NCBI GenBank assembly: GCA_964252035.1
Contig: OZ176200.1
Strand: one strand, 5' to 3'
From: Podarcis erhardii
Lineage: Eukaryota
DNA: 64,000 bases
Numbering within the stretch: position 1 is the first letter of the stretch; each line of letters begins with the position of its first letter. Shown here one piece after another: positions 34,834 through 45,356 of the stretch. A program made the position numbers and the translations under genes. The notes under the pieces were generated by a model. That model was not told the DNA's origin, searched no databases, and saw only the letters and a list, made by a program, of their open reading frames with translations.

Positions 34834-35382
34834 AACTCATGGCTAAGAAGGATGACCATTCCCACCTAAATTAGGCTGCCAAAAAGGAGAAAGCTAATCA
34901 GGAGTGGTCTTCTTTGTGAAAGCACTGTGAGCTCAGATTAGCTGTGGTGCTGAAAAGCAATCCCTAGACCGCTCTGAAGCAGCCTGTTCTTTAATTCTAA
35001 CTGCATGTCCTTTGCACCTGACTCTAGCTGATAGATGTTGAGGTTCTAATAAAAAACAAAATAGATCTGCCAAGTCCAAAGTTCGCCCAGCCCTGCTTCA
35101 GAAGAATGCCACTTTTGGTGCAATGTTTATTTTTTGGGTTTTCCTGAGCCTGATCTCACAGAGCAATGGGAAAGAAAACATTTTCCAGATGTGAACAGTG
35201 CTGCAGCATTGCTTATGTATTGAGAATACTGTGGCATTCAAGTACATATGCTGGGGTGGTCTAGACCTGAGTTTGAGTCTGGCGTTGCTGATTGTAATCA
35301 GCTGGGTACATTGTCTGCTTTTCAAAGTGGCCAGTGGAGACAGGCATTTGAACATGTCACCCCTGATGAAATACTGAATAGA

Positions 35383-35522
35383 CCAGGTGTGGGAAACCTT
35401 TGGTCCTCTGGAGTTTGCTGAACTGGAACTCCCATCCTCCCTGGCCATTGGTCATGCTTGCTAGGGCTAATGGGAGCTGTGGTTCAGCAACAGCTGGAGG
35501 GTCAAAGGTTCACTTCCCCTGG
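35383..35522. repeat. Short palindromic MITE-like repeat (~125 bp family)
   Basis: CCAGGTGTGGGAAACCTTTGG...CAAAGGTTCACTTCCCCTGG. Confidence 0.6.
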
Positions 35523-37105
35523 CATAGACTATGCTTGCGAATGGCATTTGAAATTCTTATGGGGGGAGAGAAATTACCAGTTGTGCAATTGATCCTGAAA
35601 GTGAGTGTGCCACATGTCAATATATGCTTCATTGAAAACAGAACTTTGTGTCATACACAGTAGGGGCTTGTGCACTAGGGACTAGGATAAAACCCCAGTT
35701 AAAAATCAAAATGGGAGCTCTGTGGGACTTACTCCCAGGCCGTTGTGTATAGGGTGGCAGATAGAAATTATCAGACATTTGTAGAGTTGCGATATTTAAA
35801 CGGAGGATGGGAACAAAAATAGGCCCCTTTGGCCCTGCCTATATGTCCTCTTTGTCCACAAAGCAGCCCCATCAGGGATCACAAGCCATCTTAGTACCTT
35901 GCAGGTAGAGGGCTGAATTTGTGCGCTAGTGCCAGGATTAGCCCTGGTGCAAGGGAATTCCCCCCACCCATGCAAGACATATTCCCAGATCTGCTCTGGA
36001 GGGTTGCAAGGAAATTCAGGACAGATTTCGGGGAGTGGGCTCAGGGGGAGAAGAATGGGAGCCCCCTGCCAGTGTGTTGGCTGATTGAAGAGAAATGGAC
36101 TAAGGGGGGCGGGTGTGTCTTGGTTTAATGCTGGGGTCTGGAAAGACAACCTCTTGAAGCAGGACTGATAATCTGGGTTTCCTGTTGCCAATAAATAGTT
36201 TAGACCATTGTTGTCAGATTCATTCAGAGATTAGAATACATAGATAACAAGTTGTGTTGGTAAAGGGGTTTGCAAGCTTCCCAAGCCCTGCAGGTGCTAT
36301 TACTTTTCAGTGTAATAGCTGAAGCCCATCTAAAATTCGTGATCTTCATGCTAGGAAGCCAGAGGGCTTCAGGTGTTATAATGGCAATGAATTTAAAAGG
36401 TGGTAAAATTGACGCACATCACATTTATAATCAAACGGAAGGTGTGTTTTTTTTATTTAGACAGTTCCATATTCAGCACAAACTGATCTATCGCTACATG
36501 TGATTACACGAGAAACAGCATATAAAACATTACTAAAAGCATGCTGTAAAAAAATAAAAAAATAAAACCTCGCATACATTGGGAGGTTTGGCCTTGAAAT
36601 GATCTATAACAGATAAGCTCTTTTACCATCCTATGAAACTGCATTTGGCACAGGAACCCCACCATGTATCTAAATATTCTCATTTGCAGCCTTCAGTGCC
36701 ATAGGACCAGCCCATGCAGTTCATCACCTATACAACATATATGTCCTTGTATATATTTGAATGGATGGGTGGCTGGATGGGATACTACTTTGCTGTACAA
36801 AAGCCTCCAAACTTTACAAGATTTGGGCTGCAATCCCAAAAAAACCCCAATGCTGGGCTGGTGTCTTTGTATGGATTGGGTAGAAGGACCCTCTGCCCAG
36901 CCCTGATGGTCTCTGCTTGTCTCTGGCAGCTTCTGCCCATTGAATGGGTAGGATACAGGGCTGCTGCAGCATCCCCACTGACTTCAACCAGTAGAGGCAC
37001 CCCATAATGGGACATTCCAGGATGGGTTAGGGCTGATCTGATCTGTGGTCCACAGTTTTCCAAGCGTGCATGCACAACTATAATGTTGTTGGAATGATAC
37101 TTAAA

Positions 37106-37277
37106 GGGACAGGAGCCGTAAGCTCATGGTAGAGTGCATGTGTTGCTCCCAAGTTAGCATCTTCAGTTTAAAGGATCGTGGGGCAGGGAGAGGCCTCTGC
37201 TCCTAGAGAGTTGTTGCCAGGGCCAGATGGACCAGATGGACTAATATTCTGACCTGTTTATAAGACAGCACTTTATG
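37106..37277 (+). mobile_element. Degenerate tRNA-derived SINE (3120 family)
   Basis: AGCTCATGGTAGAGTGCATG head; CCAGATGGACTAAT...TATAAGACAGC tail. Confidence 0.5.
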
Positions 37278-37885
37278 CCCTAACCAGATACAATGGGGTG
37301 CAATACCATGTGCGTCCTAGGACTGTACCTTCTCATTTGTTTTACAATGAAGTTGGAAATCTGCAACCCTGTCTATGCCACGTAGTTCAATTGCGGCCTG
37401 CATCACTTCTTCCAGTGCCAATGTGGATGCACACTGCGTGCAGCTTTTGTGGACCTGGATGAAGTAATGTATAAGTCTATTTCATTCTTTAAAGATTTAT
37501 ATCATAAATAAAGGGAACAAAGCTTAACACTTTTTAGGTTCACAAACCCAATCATTAAATAATTCCTCTATTGTCTGCAAGAATTCACTGTGTATATAAG
37601 AAACCCTCATCTACAAAATAGCCACTGACATCATATGGCAGTCTTAAAACTCAGAACAGCAAGGTTACCAATCTCACTGCTATGTCAGCCCCTCTCCTTG
37701 TTTAGGGAGATTCTTTAACTTAAATAAAAACCAGCATCAATCTCTGCTGTCCAAAAGCTTTCTCTCTCTCCCAGTCTGGCCTCCTCCTTTAATTTGCATT
37801 GGTAAAGCATGAAACAAAAATAAGAGGGTCAGTCAACCACTCCTTTCAATATAGCAATGCTCTTCTATAAGTGAAGTTTAACCTA

Positions 37886-38151
37886 CCATATTTTTTCGTG
37901 TATAACATGCCCCTATGTATAAGACGATGCCTATTTATTTTGGACCGCAACAAAAAAATTGGAGGGGAGATTGCCCAGACTTTGGGGGGGGGGGGTCCAC
38001 CACCACCAATCACTCTACAGCCTTCCCGCAAACAGAAGTCGCATGCATCACCGCAACCCCAAATCATCTGCTATCTGTGTATAAGACAACCCACATTTTT
38101 TGCCTATTGTTTCTAAGGAAAAAATATCGTCTTATACACAGAAAAATGTGG
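37886..38151. mobile_element. Tc1/mariner MITE
   Basis: TA flanks (37884-37885, 38152-38153); termini CCATATTTTTTCGTGTATAA / TTATACACAGAAAAATGTGG; internal repeats of GTATAAGAC. Confidence 0.8.
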
Positions 38152-38777
38152 TATATTGTCTTTCTATATTTTTTTAAAAAAATTATTAATATCATCATCA
38201 TTATTCAGATTATGATCTTCCAGATTCAACAGTTTTTAAAAAACAATGTTTTTGTTCCATACTGGGGGCAATTGACCAAGATGATTTTAAAAATTGAAAA
38301 GAATTTCAGGGAAGAAGCAGTTCTAGCATGCCTGACAGAGCCCAGTCCAAGACAAAGTGGAATGGAATTTGGCTCTGGGAAGCATGCAGAAACACTGAAT
38401 GAACCATCTGCACATTTGTGCTAAGGGCATTACGGAGGAAATGTGTGGCCCAGTTTTGCCATTCCATATGCTTTCCAGCAAACCATTCATGTGGATTTAT
38501 TGCTGCAGCTGACTCAGGGAGCTCTGCCTTCTCTCCTTGGGCACTCATGGCTGCATCCTGAGGATATGTTCTAGTGCTCATGGAATGGGTGTCCAGGAAG
38601 GGCTTGATTTAGGAAGAGAGGCATGTTGGAGATACCAGTGCACAGAAGCAAAGGGCTAGTCCATGAAAGAGGATCCAAGAATGCAAGGAGCAGAGCTAAC
38701 AAAGTCTTTTAAAACATTTTATAATTTTCTGCCCTTATACGTTCTTAACTGGCCAAAGACAAGTTAAAATGTGTAGC

Positions 38778-38972
38778 CACTGTGGAATGCCCTCCCATCA
38801 GATGTCAAGGAAATAAACAACTATCTGACTTTTAGAAGACATCTGAAGGCAGCCCTGTGTAGGGAAGTTTTTAATGTTTGATGTTTTATTGCAGTTTTAA
38901 CATTTTGTTGGGAGCCGCCCAGAGTGGTTGGGGAAACCCAGCCAGATAAATAAATAAATTGTTGTTGTTGTT
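38778..38972 (+). mobile_element. L2-type LINE 3' end
   Basis: TGTGGAATGCCCTCCCATCAGATGTCAAGG...GCCGCCCAGAGTGGTTGGGGAAACCCAGCCAGAT; same family as 4619 and 48009. Confidence 0.8.
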
Positions 38973-39669
38973 TATACCAATTAAAGTTATATTCAATAAT
39001 CTGTTAGAATACAATAGAGCACAGTAAAATTAACTCTCAAAATAATTAAACAGAAATTCACTCTTAGCAAGCACAATAAATAATTACTAAACTGCATAAA
39101 ATACCACAATACAGACAAAACTATGTAAAAGGATCAAACCGAGAAACAAAGACATGCAACTTATAAAAGTATTTTTTTAAAAAACAACAACACACCAAAC
39201 TCCTATTCTCCCTTCCCAGCTGCTTCTGCTCTTCTTAAAGTCCTGACCTGGGAGAGGCTATTGCTCAGCTGGACTTGACTGAGGGTAGGGGAGGTTCTTT
39301 CCCCTTCTTTGCACTTCCCTGCTGAGGAAGCTGGCAAGATGCTGAGAAAGTGGTAGATGTTCAAGGGGTCCTCATCCCTCTTTCTTCTGCCTGTTCACTC
39401 GTCAGAACAGTCTGGCTGAAGCCTCAACTTAATGCCTGTGGCAGCAGCTCCATTCTGAAGGTTCCTTAGGCCGGGGGTAGGGCAGCACGAGTGAAACCAA
39501 CCACCCCCAGTCTCACAACCCTCACAATTCTTCCTCTGGAAACAGCTCCCCATGAGGGCTCTTAGGACTGGAGGGTGGGACAAAGCAGGGGGAGAAAGCC
39601 ATTGCCTGGTGGCCAGCACAAAGTCTCTCACTCCTCACAGCTGCTACATGATGTGTTCATCCATATAAC

Positions 39670-39810
39670 CAGTGCGTTTTTCGGGGTGGGGGGGATACGC
39701 ATACCCCTAAACATTTTGTGACTCTTTGTACTTTTGTCCATTTACTGTATTTATTTCCCCCGATTTGAACTATAAAATGGTGAGAGTACTCCTAAACATT
39801 TTTTTGAGTT
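39670..39810. mobile_element. hAT-like non-autonomous element fragment
   Basis: Starts CAGTGCGTTTTT; contains TACCCCTAAACATTTT and TACTCCTAAACATTTT; homologous to 29524 and 52874. Confidence 0.7.
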
Positions 39811-40020
39811 TTTATATTGTGATTTTATGTTGTGAACAACCCTGAGACCTGCAGGTACAGGGTAGCGTACAAATTTTAATAAGGTAAAAGTTGTATCTTC
39901 TGCCATGTAACTACCAGAGAAACGGAGGACAGGCTGAAACCTAACAGACCTCTAGCTATGCTCCTCAATGTCATTGTGAAAGGGTATCCCTTAAAAGCAA
40001 AGTTAGAGTGGGGGTGGGGA

Positions 40021-40023
40021 GAG

Positions 40024-40072
<49 letters not shown>

Positions 40073-40075
40073 AAG
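40021..40075. repeat. (GAAA)n/(GA)n microsatellite
   Basis: Direct reading. Confidence 0.95.
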
Positions 40076-41389
40076 ATTTACCAGGCAGGATGTGGTACAG
40101 GAATATTGAGATTGTTCCTTGCAATTAGGAATGGCTTGTTCATATGGGGAGAGAGCAAAGCACGGATTTGTTTGGGTTTACTTTGGTTTGAGCTATTTCC
40201 CACCATTATACCCCAGCAAGGAAAATAGCACACAAGCCAACCTTTTTACTCATCCCTGTAAAGTGATGCAGGACTAGCCATGAAAGTTGTGTTTTCACCA
40301 CACAGCAACTCCCCGACAAAACTCTGCACTGCAGGTGTCATGAGAGGGCTCCAATATGTTGGAGGGGAATATAAAATCTTCTACAGACCCAAATAAACTG
40401 CCCCACACCTGAGCTGCTGACACCATCCAACATGTTCTCCCACAAACCATGTGTCATTGACTGTGCCTAATGGCTCTGTAACAAACAGAAGCATCCTGTT
40501 TAGTGCTGACAATGCTGAGGGTGGCAGTTTATGAAATATAATCTGGAAAGGATCCTGATTTACACATCTGCGCCTTCTGCATCAAATTGGACTAGGTCGG
40601 TCAGTGCAATTGCATCTGGTCTTTGTAATGCAGGTTGCAGACAATCACATTCTCTAAAACAATTAATCTTCTCTCCCCTCCACCACCACTTCCAATGTAG
40701 AAATACAAAAAAATCTGTCTCTTGGCAGCTTACCTGGCCAACACAGTAAGCATATGACAGATACAGCGTGCCTCATGCCAAGGTGCTTTGTACTGGAATT
40801 GAATTTTTTCCCTGCAGTTTATCTTTTTACACAGCATAGTATGTGCAGACAAAGCGGGTTGTGATGCACAATCAGAACATTTATGCCATGTAGCAGATCA
40901 TAGAGTTGTGGGAGAGAAAGGATGTTCTACATCAAGGATGGCCCCCAGTTAGTATTATCAGGCCCTGAAGATCCTATCAAATTTCATCAAGCTGTTGTAA
41001 AATGCTTCCTCCAGTTCACTCACAAGGAATAGAAAACTGTTCTCGAGATGTAAGAACAGGTAACATGAATTGAGTTACAGTGAGTTCCAGCTGTAGGGGG
41101 AAAGCCCTGTATGTAGCTATATATATTTATATGTAGCATTATGCCGGAGCATAATTAGAGAGTCCATAATTGAGAAGTTCTTCCTCCTAGCTAGTGTTGG
41201 TGTGTAAACTTTGCAGGCACTGCAGTAGCCTGCACACATTCAGTGCCCTTGATCCATTTTATAGCAAGACCAAGAGGGACTGGGTGTGCTGGGAATCCCA
41301 CCAGCATGGATTCACTAGACAGCATTAGAACAATAATGACCATAATTTAAACACATTAGAATCAAGAGCCTGGCTAGGGAGGTGGCTGA

Positions 41390-41595
41390 ACTTTGGGACA
41401 ACAAAGGACTTGAAAGTGTACTAAAAGCTGAAAATGAGATAGCAGAGAAACTGAATAAATTATTTGCATCTGTTTTCCTAGCAGAATACATGTATGCGTG
41501 AACTAACTTTCACAGAAAGAGCATTTAAAGAACTGCTGCCAATGGTAGTGACAAGAGACAGAGTCCTAGAACTTATTGACAAATTTGAAAAATGA
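41390..41595 (+). mobile_element. Old CR1 ORF2 internal fragment
   Basis: Translates KAENEIAEKLNKLFASVF and ELLPMVVTRDRVLELIDKF, resembling the CR1 linker motif AEKLNEFFASVFT. Confidence 0.6.
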
Positions 41596-41774
41596 CAACT
41601 CACTTTAGCCACCATTGGCATGTCGGCCCTGGAAGGTTCTCCATCAGAGGCTGAAAAAAGGTTATGCACACCTGTATAAGACAGTTACAGATAGGTAGCC
41701 GTGTTGGTCTGCCATAGTCAAAACAAAACAAATTCCTTCCAGTAGCACCTTAAAGACCAACTAAGTCAGTTCTT

Positions 41775-41814
41775 GGTATGAGCTTTCGTGTGCATGCACA
41801 CTTCTTCAGATACC
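41775..41814 (-). ncRNA. Minimal type I hammerhead ribozyme motif (mirror copy)
   Basis: Minus strand: GGUAU-CUGAAGA-A-GUGUG CAUG CACAC-GAA-AGCU-C-AUACC; helix I 5 bp, helix II 5 bp, palindromic helix III AGCU. Confidence 0.7.
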
Positions 41815-41824
41815 TATCAGATAC

Positions 41825-41862
41825 GTATCTGAAGAAGTGTGCATGCACACGAAAGCTCATAC
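41825..41862 (+). ncRNA. Minimal type I hammerhead ribozyme motif
   Basis: GUAU (41825-41828), CUGAAGA (41829-41835), A, GUGUG/CACAC helix II (41837-41841 / 41846-41850), GAA (41851-41853), AGCU (41854-41857), C (41858, predicted cleavage nucleotide), AUAC (41859-41862). Confidence 0.7.
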
Positions 41863-43407
41863 CAAGAACTGACTTAGTTGGTCTTTAAGGTGCTACTGGA
41901 AGGAATTTGTTTTGTTCTGTATAAGACAGATTCTTATAGTCCCTTCATTGTCTTCTCATCCTATTGTGCATCATACATCACCACCCATTTTCCATTCAGC
42001 ACTGTTGCAGACATATAACATTATATATTACGACTATGACTGAATGATCTATCTTAGGTAATGCAATAAATTTTTGGAAAATATCTCAGAGGATTTAGAA
42101 CATGCAGAGTCAGGCAAATGAGGTGAACACTGTTAAATAGCAATGCACAAGTTACTAATTTCCCATCTTGTGTACATAATACCAGAGGTTTATTTGAATG
42201 TACACTGCATCTGCACCTTCCTGGTGATGGCCTTTTCACTCCAGCTCCCCCGAATTAAGTTAAGTATGCAAGAGTGGTGGTCAGATTTCCAATAGTCATA
42301 ATCAACTAGCAGCTCCTGTTCTTAAATACCTTTGCACATACTTAAGTGCTCCAACTGGAAATCCAGGGGGCTGAACTTCTTTGAGAGTCTGGTCCAAACA
42401 TTCCTTGTAAAACCTATTTAGTTGGAAGGCAGAAAAATATGCATTAAATGGAACATTACCAAAGAAAATCTCATTGTGAAAGTTAAAATGAGAGTAGGGA
42501 AAGGAGTCACTTGCAGTATCTTACAATTGTGAATTCCCTCCGCGATTTTATTATAGGTATCTGTTAAAATATATTATGAGGCAAATTACCAAAGGCAGTG
42601 TAGTGTGTTACAATTACATTACAATGTGTGCTACAGAGGGAAGCCATTTCAGTACCTGTAGTAGTGTGAAACCAAACCAATTTTATGACAAATGAAGTTG
42701 TAGTGTTGTCAGAAATAATGAGAGAAACAAAGGAAATTTAAACACAAAAACCCGCCTCTAACATCAATTAAATTTCAATGTCTTGTGGATTTATGTCAGA
42801 CCCCGAACGCTAATTTGAAGGGATTCTTTTGGTTAAATAATAGACTTGTTGAAAAGAAATGAAGGAAATCTGGTTATAATAGGACAAGTGTTAGTCTGCC
42901 ACTACTGTATTTATTTATGGATTGTAAAAAAAAAAAAAAAAAAAACCTAATCAAGTTTTAAACCCACATCTCAGGTAACTGGAGATGATGCCCCAATCAC
43001 ACAACAACTAATAGAGCTGTCAACAGCTTTGTCTTCATAGTATTAATGCTACAAACCCATTCCTGGCTGCACAATAACACCGTTCTCTGCATAGTCTTTG
43101 GCTTTGTCAGCCATCTTAGACCAATGGTTCCCATAGGAGGACTTGGGCCACGGAGGAGACCCAGCAGGTGCGAGTTGAATTGTGACCATTCTCAGTTTGC
43201 TGATAGGACCAGGAAGTAGAATATCAGTTTATCTACCCGATGCAATCAGCACATAAGAAGAGCTCTGCTGGATCAAGCCAAAGTCCCATGTCATCTGGCA
43301 TTCTGTACTCACAGTGATTAATCAGATGTCCATTGGAAGCTCACAAGTGGGGCCTGAGTGTAGCAGCACTCTCCCGCTCACAATGCCCAGCAACTCATTG
43401 CTGGGGG

Positions 43408-43711
43408 CAGGGCTGTCTTAAGCATATCTGGTGCCGTGGTGAAAAATCCGTCCAGCAACCCCCCCCCCATGTTTCCCAGAGTTGTCGACCTTTTCCCAAG
43501 CCTCTGCAGGGTTCATTCTCCTTCCATGGAGGCTTGGGAAGGAAGCTGCATGCCCACCAGCCATATAGTTGGCGGGGCACAGCTGGCGGGCATGCAGGGA
43601 ACGGGGAGGCCACTGGCAAAGGCGCGCAGCTCCCCTGCTTGCTGGGGCAGCCCTGAGAGACCAGCACCCTGGCGCAACACACCAGTAAGCCCAACAGGAA
43701 AGACAGCTCTG
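43408..43711. mobile_element. hAT MITE nested in CR1
   Basis: Terminal inverted repeat CAGGGCTGTCTT / AAGACAGCTCTG (11/12); 8-bp flanks GCTGGGGG and GCTATGGG (6/8). Confidence 0.7.
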
Positions 43712-44024
43712 GCTATGGGCATACTGTCTATGACAAGAGAGGTATACCATAGCCCTGATGGCTAGTGACCATCTTACCTTCCATGAATTTGTCTCATCCT
43801 CTTTTAAAGCCATCTTCAGGCTACAGTTGAACTATGCAGTCTGTGAAGTACTTTCTTTTGTCTGTCCTGAATCTTGCAGCATTTGTCTTCATTGGACGTC
43901 CCCAAGTTCTAGTATCATGGAAGCGGGAGAAGATCTCCTCTCTATGCTCCTTCTCCACACCATGATAGACACCTCTATCTTGCCCCCTCTTGCTCACCTT
44001 TCCTCTAGCTAAAAAGCCCTGAAT

Positions 44025-44274
44025 GCCAGCATGGTATAGTGGTTAAGAGCGATAGACCCGTAATCTGGGGAACCGGGTTCACGTCTCCGCTCCTCCACAT
44101 GCAGCTGCTGGGTGACCTTGGGCCAGTCACACTTCTCTGAAGTCTCTCAGCCCCACTCACCTCACAGAGTGTTTGTTGTGGGGGAGGAAGGGAAAGGAGA
44201 ATGTTAGCCGCTTTGAGACTCCTTCAGGTAGTGATAAAGCGGGATATCAAATCCGAACTCCTCTCTTCTTCTTC
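44025..44274 (+). mobile_element. Squam3-like (MIR/Ther1-derived) SINE with (CTT)n tail, nested in CR1
   Basis: A box TGGTATAGTGG; GCTGGGTGACCTTGGGCCAGTCAC core; CCGCTTTGAGACTCC...AAAGCGGGATATCAAATCC; (CTT)n tail. Confidence 0.85.
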
Positions 44275-45110
44275 TAACCTTTCCTTATAGGGCAGCTGCT
44301 CCAACTCCTTGATCGTTTTGGTTTCGCTTTTCTGAACTCTTTCCAGCTCTACAATATCCTTTCTAAGGGGATGTGACTAGCACTGCACCCTGTATTTCAT
44401 GTGTGGTTGCACCATAGATTTGTATAATGGCATTATGATATTGGTAGTTTTATTTTTAGTCCCTTTCCTCATGATCCCTGGCATGGCATTCACCTTTTTC
44501 ACAGCTGCAGCAAACTAGGTCAACATCTTCATCGAGTTATATCCACTATGACTCTAAAGTCTCATTCCTGGTCAGTCACTGCCAGTTGAGAGCCCATGAG
44601 TGCATATGTCAAATTAGGATTAGGATTATTATTTTGTTCCAATGTGCATTTACACTTGCTTACCTCGAATTGCGTTCGCCATGTTACTCCCCATTCTTCC
44701 AATATATACTAACATTCATCCTCCTCACACCTACTTAAACACACAAATTCAAAAATCAGTGTCATTATCCAGCACTGTTGATCAGAGCCATTCCAATATA
44801 TTTTGCCATCTGTATTCCTTCATATATGGACACTTACCAGACTGGCAATTCAACATTTGCAGTGGAGCAGTATCCTGCACTGCCACTGGGGGCAGCAGGC
44901 TAGATTAGTAGATGCAGGCCAGGTAGCACTGGCCCTTCAACTCTATCCTCCAGCAGAGGTGAATGGCTACAAGGCTCAGGGGGAATAACTGGAGGGTCCA
45001 TCACAACTGCCCCCACATGTACCCACTGCCTGAGGCAACACCTCACTCTGTTAATGAAAGATTGTCGTGTCAGATTGCCCATGCTAGGGCTCCAGGCTGT
45101 TTGAATCTTA

Positions 45111-45356
45111 CAGTCATACCTTGGTTGTCAAATGCCTTGGTACTCGGACATTTTGGTTGTCAAATGCCACAAACCAAGAATGTTCCGGTTTGCGAACGTT
45201 TTTCGGAAACCGGATGTCCGATGTGACTTCCACAGCTTCCAGTTGAGTGCAGGAAGCTCCTGCAGCCAATCGGAAGCCACACCTTGGTTTTTGAACCATT
45301 TCAGGAGTCGAACTGATTCCCAGAATGGATTAAGTTTGACAACCAAGGTACGACTG
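45111..45356. mobile_element. Tc1/mariner (Tigger-like) MITE
   Basis: TA flanks; 22-bp terminal inverted repeat with one mismatch, CAGTCATACCTTGGTTGTCAAA / TTTGACAACCAAGGTACGACTG; homologous to 3189-3437. Confidence 0.92.

Larger units (their letters stand above)
41685..41916. mobile_element. Penelope-like element terminal repeat (pLTR) insertion in inverted configuration
   Basis: 13-bp direct flanks CTGTATAAGACAG (41672-41684, 41917-41929); perfect 92-bp inverted repeat 41722-41813 / 41825-41916; GTAGCCGTGTTGGTCTG and TAGCACCTTAAAGACCAAC motifs recalled from reptile Penelope ends. Confidence 0.8.
43251..44696 (-). mobile_element. Old CR1 LINE 3' portion carrying two nested insertions
   Basis: ACATAAGAAGAGC tail at 43251; CR1 reverse-transcriptase-region sequence continues colinearly on both sides of 43408-43711 and 44025-44274. 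Confidence 0.8.
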
